Origin: Clostridia bacterium
Lineage (GTDB): Bacteria; Bacillota; Clostridia; Oscillospirales; CAG-272
NCBI GenBank assembly: GCA_017450945.1
Contig: JAFSSP010000007.1
Coordinates: forward strand, 28,487-92,486
Direction: 5' to 3'
DNA: 64,000 nucleotides
Of this stretch, positions 56,020 through 64,000 are shown piece by piece. Numbering within the stretch: the stretch's first letter is position 1; every line of letters begins with the position of its first letter. The notes beneath the pieces were generated by a model that was given only the letters and a program-made list of their open reading frames with translations, had not been told where the DNA came from and ran no database searches. A program made the position numbers and the translations under genes.

Positions 56020-58989
56020 TCAATACTTTTTTGGATGCATTGCCACGTCGCAGGAATATTTGGCTGAGCAAAGTGCGCAGGAGGTATTGGAAGGCCGTTT
56101 TTCGGCATTTCCGGAAAGGATCTCAAGCGCACATTGCTTGACGGCTTCCTTCAGATCGTCTTGATAATGCTGAATGTCTTCCGGCGTACAGACTTTTTTG
56201 GGATCGCTCTCGAAAACCGAAAACTGACTGCGGCCAACTGAAAGTGCTCCGTCCTTTTCCTCCGGCCAAAGATACATACCCCCCGCTCCAATGGTATCGG
56301 GGTACTTTTCAGAGACGGCCATCAGGTAGAAGACCAGTTGAATCTCTTTCCCGGTCGGAATATCGGCCGGAACAAAGGCATGACTGCTGGATTTGTAATC
56401 CACGACACGCAAGTAGACTTTTCCATCCCGATCTAGGCGATCGACCCGGTCGATCTTGCCGTTGACGATCGCATTCCTTTGGTCGTCAATGGGAAAACTG
56501 TAATTTTCCCATTCTTCAAATGCGATCGGTCGAAACCCGCTGTCTCTCAGCTCTTTGAGAATACCGTCATTGTCGTACAGCATTCTTTTTGCAATTTTTG
56601 AAAGGCGGAAGAACTGGTGCAAGAGTTGTGCGTCCACCTCTTCCATCGGGCGACCGCAAAGGCTGTTGATGTAATTCTCAACGATCTCTCTCAATGCATT
56701 CTCGTCCTGTTTTTTGGAAGACAAAAAGCTTTCAAAGATGCTGTGAAAAAAGTTTCCGCTTTCGGACGCGCCCTGCAGGGAATCCTTTTCTTCCCGCAGT
56801 TTCAGCGTTTCGGACAAATGATAGGAATAGGGGCAATCGACGTATTTTTCCATGGCGGAAGGCGACAGAGAAAATGTTTTCTGATTTTGATCAGCCGGCG
56901 GCAGGAAGAAAGAATTCTGCCGCGTGTCCGTAAAATATCCCGAAAGTGGTTTTAAGCAATTCTTATCAAAGGCTTCCTGGTTGAGTTTCAAAAGCGAACA
57001 CACGCGCAGATAAGCGATGGAAGGCTCGTTTTTTCCTGTTGTATCGAGCGCTTTCGGATAGGAGAGGATCACCGCGTCGGTCGGCTTTGTAACGGCACGG
57101 TAAACGTAAAACAGCTCTTCGGATTGCTTGATGTCCGCTCTGGAGCGGAAATGCAAATCAAAATCGCAAAGCTTTTCCTTGTCCTCTTCGCTGAGAATTC
57201 CACCTTCTGCAATATCGCCCGGGAATTCTCCCTCGCAAAGGCCGAGAAGAATGGTTGCGCGCACATTTTCAAGGCGGAGCATGGAGGCTGATCCGAGTGT
57301 GACGCAATCGTTTGACAGCGGAACTGCTCCGAGGTCTGCCGTGGAAAAGAGCAGGGAAACAACCGCCAAAAACTCCTCCGGGGAAATTTCTTCTTCTCCG
57401 AGTACCGATTTTGCTTTTCCCAAAAGCTCGGTCAAAAAACCGAACAGGCGCACGCTCTCGTTTGCCTCTCGGATCGAGGCGCGTTCCAGTTCTTCTTTGG
57501 AGCGATTCTCCAGCGTTTTGGGCAAATCAATTCTCAACAGATAGGAATAGAGCGCCTCGCAGTACTCTGAAAAAGTTTTGCAGGTGCCAAAAGCGGCCGC
57601 AAGCTCTTGCAGGGGCAAAATGAGCGCCTCTTTGACGCGGTTTGCGCTCTCAAGGATCTCTTTGCCGCGTGCATTTGGCTTTCGCAAGATCAGGCCGTCC
57701 GGGTTCATGCTCCAGGTTTTCTCTATGTAACCTTTTCCGGTGATGTGCCAGGTTTCCACATATTCTTCAAACAAGGAGGCATCGTGGAAGGAAATGCCGG
57801 AAAGCCCGGTTTTGAGGATGGAAAAAACGTCGGTCGTACGATAGCCGTACAGAACCGATTGCAGGGCAGAGAGGATCAGACGCGCCAGCGGCTTTTGCGA
57901 AAAGTTGTTGCGCTCGGAGAGAAAATAGGGAATTTTATGCCGCTCCAGGGCGGCATCCAGCCAGCCGCGATAGGTCTCGGGATCGCGCACGATCACGGCG
58001 ATCTCGTCAAAGCGGATCCCCTTGTGCGAAAGATCGAGGATGTTAATTGCCGCCGCTTCGCACTCTTCAAAAACGGTCGCAGAAGTGACTGCACGCACAT
58101 GCGTGGCGTTGCCGCTATAAGGCTGTGCGCCAAACTTCCAAAGGTTCTTTTCCAGATAGGAAAGATCGCTTCCGTCCTCCAAATGGTCAAGACAGGTCAC
58201 ATCCCAGGGCATATCGGCCTCGTCCGCCAGCTTTTTGAGCGACTTTCCGGTTTCCGAAACGCTCTTGAAGTGCGGAAGAGAAGAGGGAAGCGCGTCGGTG
58301 CAAAGCGCGATCGTCAGGTCTTTTGATTGCTTGATCAGCTCTTTTAACACCAGATTTTCGTCCCAGGTAAAGCTGGTAAAAGAATCCACATAGATATGCG
58401 TGCCCGAAAAAACAATATTCTCGGACAGTTTTTTGGAAAGACGGATCAGGCGTTCATCCGGGATGTTTTCGCCGAAGATCGCTTTCATCCGTTCGGAATA
58501 CATGGAAGAAACGAGGGCGAGATCCGAGAGCTTTTTTTGAAGATTCGGGTCTTCCGGAATTCCTTCTGCAACAGATTGGAGCTGTTCCGGGCGAATGCCG
58601 TTGGCACGAAGATCCTCCACTGCTCTTTGCATGAGATTTACGACCGATTCTTCAGTCGCATTTTTACGACCGTACCGGGAAAGGATCGGAGAGAGCGAGC
58701 GCAAAGCGCTCCACATTACCAGCGTCCGCACGCCTCGGTCGGCGTCAAGAAATTGCAAACCGCCGAAGCGCTTGAAGAGTTTTTCGGAAAGGCCTGTAAA
58801 GCTGAGAATTTCCAAATACAGCCCCGCGTTGGAAGGGAGTTTTGACGGAAGGGTCATTTCACTGGTGTAGACCTGTTGTTCCGGCACAAGAAGAAGGCAG
58901 GGAGTCCCCGCCTCGATATCCTTTCGGATCAAATCGGTAAGTCGCGCGGTTTTTCCGGATCCCGACGGCCCGCAAATCAAGTGTAGCAT
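56020..58989 (-). CDS. addB: helicase-nuclease AddAB subunit AddB
   Basis: GPSGSGKT, LLVPEQ, GKIDRVD..RVVDYKS; Fe-S cysteines (DCPY...CALC...C). Confidence 0.9.
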   Translation of the reverse strand: MLHLICGPSGSGKTARLTDLIRKDIEAGTPCLLLVPEQQVYTSEMTLPSKLPSNAGLYLEILSFTGLSEKLFKRFGGLQFLDADRGVRTLVMWSALRSLSPILSRYGRKNATEESVVNLMQRAVEDLRANGIRPEQLQSVAEGIPEDPNLQKKLSDLALVSSMYSERMKAIFGENIPDERLIRLSKKLSENIVFSGTHIYVDSFTSFTWDENLVLKELIKQSKDLTIALCTDALPSSLPHFKSVSETGKSLKKLADEADMPWDVTCLDHLEDGSDLSYLEKNLWKFGAQPYSGNATHVRAVTSATVFEECEAAAINILDLSHKGIRFDEIAVIVRDPETYRGWLDAALERHKIPYFLSERNNFSQKPLARLILSALQSVLYGYRTTDVFSILKTGLSGISFHDASLFEEYVETWHITGKGYIEKTWSMNPDGLILRKPNARGKEILESANRVKEALILPLQELAAAFGTCKTFSEYCEALYSYLLRIDLPKTLENRSKEELERASIREANESVRLFGFLTELLGKAKSVLGEEEISPEEFLAVVSLLFSTADLGAVPLSNDCVTLGSASMLRLENVRATILLGLCEGEFPGDIAEGGILSEEDKEKLCDFDLHFRSRADIKQSEELFYVYRAVTKPTDAVILSYPKALDTTGKNEPSIAYLRVCSLLKLNQEAFDKNCLKPLSGYFTDTRQNSFFLPPADQNQKTFSLSPSAMEKYVDCPYSYHLSETLKLREEKDSLQGASESGNFFHSIFESFLSSKKQDENALREIVENYINSLCGRPMEEVDAQLLHQFFRLSKIAKRMLYDNDGILKELRDSGFRPIAFEEWENYSFPIDDQRNAIVNGKIDRVDRLDRDGKVYLRVVDYKSSSHAFVPADIPTGKEIQLVFYLMAVSEKYPDTIGAGGMYLWPEEKDGALSVGRSQFSVFESDPKKVCTPEDIQHYQDDLKEAVKQCALEILSGNAEKRPSNTSCALCSAKYSCDVAMHPKKY

Positions 58990-58990
58990 C

Positions 58991-59818
58991 TTATTCCTTT
59001 TCTCCTTTCTCGCTCTCAAACAAAAGCAAATTTCTGCGGATGGTATTTCGCCCGCGCCAGGAGAAGGCGCGCTCCGAAAAAGCGTCCTCGTCCAACTCGT
59101 CCAAAACTTTTGTGGTAAGTCTTGATATTGTCGATTCTTCAAAATAAGGGATCGGCGTAAAAATGCTTCCCGAGGCAATCGCCCGCTTCGTGTGTGGACA
59201 AACCTCTTGACAAATATCGCACCCCCAGGCCGAGCCATACTGAAGAATGATCTTTTGTTCCGCTTCGGTCAATTCGCCCTTCTTTTGCGTCAGGGCAGAA
59301 AGGCAGGTGCCGATTTTTTCTGCGGGACAGGCTTTGATACAAGCGCCGCAGTTCTCGCAGTCTAAAACATCCTGTGTTTTGCAAGGAAGTATTGCGCTTG
59401 TGACAACCTCCCCCAAAAAGATATAAGAAGAATATTTTCTTGTAATGAGCAGATGGTTTTTGCCGATGATACCGAGCCCGGCCTTTGCGGCGGCTTCCAC
59501 TTCGGCAATCGGCGAGTGATCGGCAAACCCGGTAAATCGGTGCTGTGGAAAGGCTTTACTGAGCGCCGGTAAAAGCTCGTTGAAGAGTTCTTTGAAAAAG
59601 CCGTGATAGTCCCTTGAGACCGCATAGGCAGATATGTTTCTTTTCGGATCGTTGCAAGCGGCCGTGTAATAGGGGATAGCGATCAGGATCGCGGTACCGT
59701 CGGTGATGCCGGCGCGTTCCAGAAGGTACGGCCGCTCGATCCGGCAATCAGAGAGCAGAATGGGCGCGAAACAATCGATCCCGCGCTGAGAAAAAAAGTT
59801 TTTCAAAAAAGTCAGCAC
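58991..59818 (-). CDS. queG: epoxyqueuosine reductase QueG-like 4Fe-4S protein
   Basis: ISAYA..RDYH, AGLGIIGKN, CENCGACIKACP, GCDICQEVCP. Confidence 0.75.
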   Translation of the reverse strand: MLTFLKNFFSQRGIDCFAPILLSDCRIERPYLLERAGITDGTAILIAIPYYTAACNDPKRNISAYAVSRDYHGFFKELFNELLPALSKAFPQHRFTGFADHSPIAEVEAAAKAGLGIIGKNHLLITRKYSSYIFLGEVVTSAILPCKTQDVLDCENCGACIKACPAEKIGTCLSALTQKKGELTEAEQKIILQYGSAWGCDICQEVCPHTKRAIASGSIFTPIPYFEESTISRLTTKVLDELDEDAFSERAFSWRGRNTIRRNLLLFESEKGEKE

Positions 59819-60040
59819 CTCTTGTCCTCGACCTCCTTTTATGGTATACTGAATTCGGGAAAAGTCTTCCTTTTTCGTCTGCTTTGATTATAGCAAAAAT
59901 CAAGTAAAAAAACAAGGACAAAAACAATCTTCAACTATTTTTTCTCGCATCTTCATCAATTCTTCACATTCGGCGTCTATCCTAAAGACGTCAAAAGAAA
60001 AAAGCCGCCAACGGCGGAACTTTATGAGGAGGAATCTACC

Positions 60041-61504
60041 ATGTTTGATGAGGAATCTTTGGAAAACAAGCAGAACGAAGAACCTGTTGCAGAACCGGAG
60101 CAAGTGAAAGCCGAGGCCGTAGCAGAAGAACCTTCTGCAAACGAAATCGAAGAACCGGTTGATATGCCAAAAGAGACACCGGACGAGGTTTTTGAGGAAC
60201 CGGTCAAATCCACCCAAATTCCGGAGGATCCGATCATTCAGACCGTCTCTCCGGAGCCGGCAGGCAATCTCGGATATGAATATGTGTTTTCAAACGGAAA
60301 CACGCCGCAAGTCGAAAAAAAGCCTGCAAAAAAGCGTCATCTCGGACTTCTGATCACCGGCATTTGCCTTGCAGTCGTCTTTTCGATCGCTTTGACCTTT
60401 GCTCTTGGAGCAATTGGATATCAATTTTATCAAATCATTGATTATAACAAATCAGAAACGCTTCCCGGCGGAAACAATCAGAATACGGCGGTTCTGCCGA
60501 ACGCCAACGTCGTTCTTGAAAAAGTAGAACGAACCGGAAGCGAATACGGCTCCGCGGGTGAAGAAGTTTTTTCCGAATCTCAGGTCGTCCGTATGATTCA
60601 TGACGCCGTTGTAGTGATTAATGCGAGCGTGCAAAGCTATGACTTTTTCGGAAGACCCACCGAGGCGCTTTCCTCCGGAAGCGGTGTGATCATTTCTGCA
60701 GACGGATATGTCCTGACCTGCAATCACGTGGTGGACGGCGCATCTTCGGTGACCGTCAAACTCAATGACGGCAAAGAATACAGTGCTATTCTGGTCGGAG
60801 CCGACGCAACAAGCGACCTTGCCGTTTTGAAAATCGACGCAACCGACTTGACCTATGTCAAGCAGGGATGCAGTGCCGACCTGGTACTCGGCGAGCATAT
60901 CATTGCAATCGGAAACGCGCTTGGAACGCTTGGCGGAACGGTTACAAGCGGAATCATCAGCGCGACCGAGCGGAACATCCCCATGGAAGATGGAACCGTA
61001 ATGACCCTAATTCAGACCGACGCGGCGATCAACTCGGGCAATTCGGGCGGCGGACTTTTCAATCTGCGCGGAGAGCTCATTGGAATCGTCAACGCAAAAT
61101 ACGCATCCAGCGGCATTGAAGGACTTGCGTTTGCCATCCCGGTTGACTCGGCCTTCGTCGTCGAACAGGACCTCATTCAATACGGATATGTACGCGGCGT
61201 GATCGACGACGGTCTTACGACGGTTGACGTGACCGAATCCATGCTTTCTTCCTATCGTTACCGTTACGGCATCACAAAAGCAGGGCTTTATGTGGTGGAA
61301 TCGAAATATGCGACCGATCTGCAGAATAAGGATCGCATCGTTTCGATCAACGGAAAAGCCGTAAACACCACCGATGAATGGAACAGTTACCTGAAAGAAA
61401 ACTGCAAGGTCGGCGACACGATCAGCATTCTTTACGAACACAACGGAAAAGAATACACCACGCATTTGACGCTTCGCGAGTACGTTCCGTCCACTCTGCG
61501 ATAA
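60041..61504 (+). CDS. htrA: HtrA/DegP family serine protease with PDZ domain
   Basis: Acidic N-terminus, TM, GSGVII, TCNHVV, DLAVLK, AINSGNSGG. Confidence 0.92.
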   Translation: MFDEESLENKQNEEPVAEPEQVKAEAVAEEPSANEIEEPVDMPKETPDEVFEEPVKSTQIPEDPIIQTVSPEPAGNLGYEYVFSNGNTPQVEKKPAKKRHLGLLITGICLAVVFSIALTFALGAIGYQFYQIIDYNKSETLPGGNNQNTAVLPNANVVLEKVERTGSEYGSAGEEVFSESQVVRMIHDAVVVINASVQSYDFFGRPTEALSSGSGVIISADGYVLTCNHVVDGASSVTVKLNDGKEYSAILVGADATSDLAVLKIDATDLTYVKQGCSADLVLGEHIIAIGNALGTLGGTVTSGIISATERNIPMEDGTVMTLIQTDAAINSGNSGGGLFNLRGELIGIVNAKYASSGIEGLAFAIPVDSAFVVEQDLIQYGYVRGVIDDGLTTVDVTESMLSSYRYRYGITKAGLYVVESKYATDLQNKDRIVSINGKAVNTTDEWNSYLKENCKVGDTISILYEHNGKEYTTHLTLREYVPSTLR

Positions 61505-61535
61505 AACAATTTTTTCAAAAATAAGGAGAGAAGCC

Positions 61536-62228
61536 ATGTATCACATCTTAGTGGTTGACGACGAGATCCGCATTCGCTCCATCATCAAAAAATACGCCGA
61601 ATTCGAGGGGCATGAGGTGACCGAGGCGGGAGACGGCATGGAAGCTGTTTTGCTTTGCCGAAAGAACCGGTATGATATCATCATTATGGATATTATGATG
61701 CCCGAGCTCGACGGCTTTTCTGCCTGCCGGGAGATCCGTAAAATTTCGGATACGCCGATCATCATGCTCTCGGCACGCGGCGAGGAATATGACCGCATCA
61801 ACGGCTTTGAGGTCGGTGTGGACGACTATGTGACAAAACCATTCTCTCCGAAAGAGCTCATGCTCCGCATTGACGCCATTCTCAAGCGCACGGCAGCAAG
61901 AGGCGGAGCGGCAAAAAAGGCGCAAAACGAGGTCGTGGAGCTGGAAGGCGGGGCGCTAACCGCCGACCTGACCGCCAGAACCGTTACCATCGACGGAGAG
62001 AGAATTGAGCTCTCCCCGAAAGAATATGACCTGTTCTTCTATCTTTTGACCAACCGGAATATTGCGCTCTCGCGCGAGAAACTCCTCAGCGAGGTCTGGG
62101 GATACGATTTTTACGGAGATGCAAGAACGCTGGATACGCATATCAAACTGCTCCGCAAAAGCCTCGGCAGATTTGCCGATTACATTGTAACCATCCGCGG
62201 CGTCGGTTACCGCTTTGATCTGAAATGA
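61536..62228 (+). CDS. OmpR family response regulator
   Basis: VVDDE, DIMMP, KPFSP, winged helix TIRGVGYRF. Confidence 0.95.
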   Translation: MYHILVVDDEIRIRSIIKKYAEFEGHEVTEAGDGMEAVLLCRKNRYDIIIMDIMMPELDGFSACREIRKISDTPIIMLSARGEEYDRINGFEVGVDDYVTKPFSPKELMLRIDAILKRTAARGGAAKKAQNEVVELEGGALTADLTARTVTIDGERIELSPKEYDLFFYLLTNRNIALSREKLLSEVWGYDFYGDARTLDTHIKLLRKSLGRFADYIVTIRGVGYRFDLK

Positions 62229-63724
62229 AAAAGAACAAAGAAAAAACGCCGCGCAAGGGCATCAGCATCGGTTGGAAACTCATTTTGTACTTTTTCGGCT
62301 TTACAGCCGTTGCCGTGCTGGTTACCTGGATCTTTCAGGTGATCCTGCTCAACACCTTTTTTGAGAGTAGCAAACGGCGCGAACTGCTTTCCGCCACAAA
62401 AGAGCTGGCCGAAACCATCTCATCCGAAACGCTTTCCGAGAGAGCGCGTATGCTTTCTCAAAAGGGCGACATGAGCATTCTCATCTATCAAATTGACGAC
62501 GATGGCAGCACGGAAGTGGTCAATGCCGGTGGGATCGGAAGAGAAGGATTCTTGACGCTCTCACAGGCGCAGATTCAGGATTACCGTTCAAAAGCAAGCA
62601 AAAACGGCGGATCCTACGTTTGGGAAAGCGAACGAAGCGACACCGACCCATTTGAGAGTGCAGCCATTGAAGAAGGCGCAGGCGGTCGTAAGCGCGAAAA
62701 CCGTCAGCTTCAATGCGTGACCAACCTGGTGGATGAGAACGGAAACTCTTATCTCCTCTATATTTCAACCGGACTGCTCCCGCTGAGCGCCACGGTCAGC
62801 ACGCTGAAAACCCAGTTCTTCTGGATTGGCGGGATTCTCCTCTTTTGTTCGCTGATCACGGTTATCTTCCTTTACCGAAGAATCTCCAAGCCTCTCATCC
62901 GCATGAACGACTCGGCAAAAGAACTTGCAAAAGGGAACTACAACGTGGATTTTTCAGGCGATGGCTATCGGGAAACGCGCGAGCTTGGCGACACGCTCAA
63001 CTATGCGGCACACGAGCTATCCAAGTCGGATCAATTGCAAAAGGAACTGCTTGCAAACATCTCGCACGATCTGCGCACGCCGCTGACCATGATTCGCGGC
63101 TATGGCGAAGTCATGCGCGACCTGCCCGGTGAGAACACGCCGGAAAACATGCAGGTCATCATTGACGAAACGACCAGACTTTCGGATCTTGTCAACGATC
63201 TGTTGGATCTCTCCAAACTGCAATCCGGAGTTCTTGCGCCGAATATGCAGACCTTTGATCTCTCCGAGCTTCTGACCTCGGTGCTTGCCCGTTACGAAAC
63301 GCTGACAGGACACATGGGGTACAAGATCCTGCTCGACCATACCGAAAGCGCGCTCATCAGTGCCGATGCCGGCATGATCCAGCAGGTGCTCTACAACCTC
63401 ATCAACAACGCGATCAACTATACCGGCGAGGATCAGACCGTCAGAGTTTCCTTGCAAAACGAAGGAAAAACCGTCCGTGTGTCGGTCACAGATACCGGCG
63501 TCGGGATCCCGAAAGAAGAGATCGAGAACATCTGGAACCGTTATTACAAGATTGACAAAGTGCATAAGCGCGCGGCCGTTGGAACAGGGCTTGGCCTTTC
63601 GATCGTCAAAAACGTTCTTGATCTGCACCATGCCGCCTACGGCGTCAACAGCACGCCCGGAAAAGGCTCAACCTTCTGGTTTGAACTGCCGGTCGAAAAC
63701 AGAGAGGAAACTAAGGCAGAATGA
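62225..63724 (+). CDS. HAMP-domain sensor histidine kinase
   Basis: Two TMs, SHDLRTPL, NLINNAINY, DTGVGI, GTGLGL. Confidence 0.95.
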   Translation: MKKNKEKTPRKGISIGWKLILYFFGFTAVAVLVTWIFQVILLNTFFESSKRRELLSATKELAETISSETLSERARMLSQKGDMSILIYQIDDDGSTEVVNAGGIGREGFLTLSQAQIQDYRSKASKNGGSYVWESERSDTDPFESAAIEEGAGGRKRENRQLQCVTNLVDENGNSYLLYISTGLLPLSATVSTLKTQFFWIGGILLFCSLITVIFLYRRISKPLIRMNDSAKELAKGNYNVDFSGDGYRETRELGDTLNYAAHELSKSDQLQKELLANISHDLRTPLTMIRGYGEVMRDLPGENTPENMQVIIDETTRLSDLVNDLLDLSKLQSGVLAPNMQTFDLSELLTSVLARYETLTGHMGYKILLDHTESALISADAGMIQQVLYNLINNAINYTGEDQTVRVSLQNEGKTVRVSVTDTGVGIPKEEIENIWNRYYKIDKVHKRAAVGTGLGLSIVKNVLDLHHAAYGVNSTPGKGSTFWFELPVENREETKAE

Positions 63725-64000
63725 CTGTGACTTCATCGGAATTCCTGTTTACAAAACTTCGCTGTCCGGTTTGCGGGCAAGCGATGGACAAAAAAGAGGC
63801 CTCGGCGATCTGCCGGGGTCTCTCGGCGCATTGTTTTGACTTTGCCAAAAGCGGATATCTGAACCTGACTGCCGGGCACGGCGGCATGGGCGACCTTAAG
63901 GACGCGACCGATGCACGCCACAGATTTCTATCAAAAGGCTATTATTCGATACTTTCTGATCGGATCGTGGAGCTTTTGTCCGAAGCCGAGCCCTCGTCCA
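63721..64000 (+). CDS. rlmA: 23S rRNA m1G methyltransferase RlmA-like, N-terminal part (runs off the window)
   Basis: ATG at 63721 gives LRCPVCG...C....HCFDFAKSGYLNL...GD...ARHRFLSKGYY; not in the ORF track. Confidence 0.8.
   Translation, partial: MTVTSSEFLFTKLRCPVCGQAMDKKEASAICRGLSAHCFDFAKSGYLNLTAGHGGMGDLKDATDARHRFLSKGYYSILSDRIVELLSEAEPSS

Noticed and set aside
56020-59238. N-terminal extensions given by the ORF track for addB (also argS, addA, dinB and the 47716 ORF)
   Set aside because: Downstream ATGs with RBS or family-typical N-termini fit better, and the extensions overlap neighbouring genes or tRNAs.
60041-60300. Tandem repeat in the htrA 5' region (GAAGAACC-like words)
   Set aside because: Low-complexity Glu/Pro-rich coding sequence, typical of HtrA cytoplasmic tails.

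Overview
Core-chromosome window from an endospore-forming Clostridia (Bacillota) organism, probably Oscillospirales-like (inferred from gene content and order). It holds about 57 mostly housekeeping CDSs: recJ-rel-dtd-hemZ, hup-yabOPQ-divIC-smpB, comEC, dpaAB, spoVB, polA, radA, cwlD, nusB-xseAB-ispA-tlyA-nadK-argR-argS, dinB, obgE, der, rsmA, xerC, fba, addAB, and htrA with a two-component system. There are four tRNA genes: Pro-TGG, Leu-GAG, Gln-TTG and Leu-TAG. I see no transposase, prophage or CRISPR-Cas. The standout signal is non-coding. Each of the four tRNA genes is followed by 1-3 structured units, mostly 140-200 bp. The units share one layout: terminator hairpin, inverted copy of that tRNA's own 3' end, branched hairpin module, direct copy of the tRNA 3' end. 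All eight direct copies carry a single extra A in the T-arm. Internal modules are shared between different tRNA loci and show compensatory base changes. This looks like a family of tRNA-anchored minimal cassettes or tRNA-mimic RNAs; the function is inference only. All alignments, folds and counts were made by eye.
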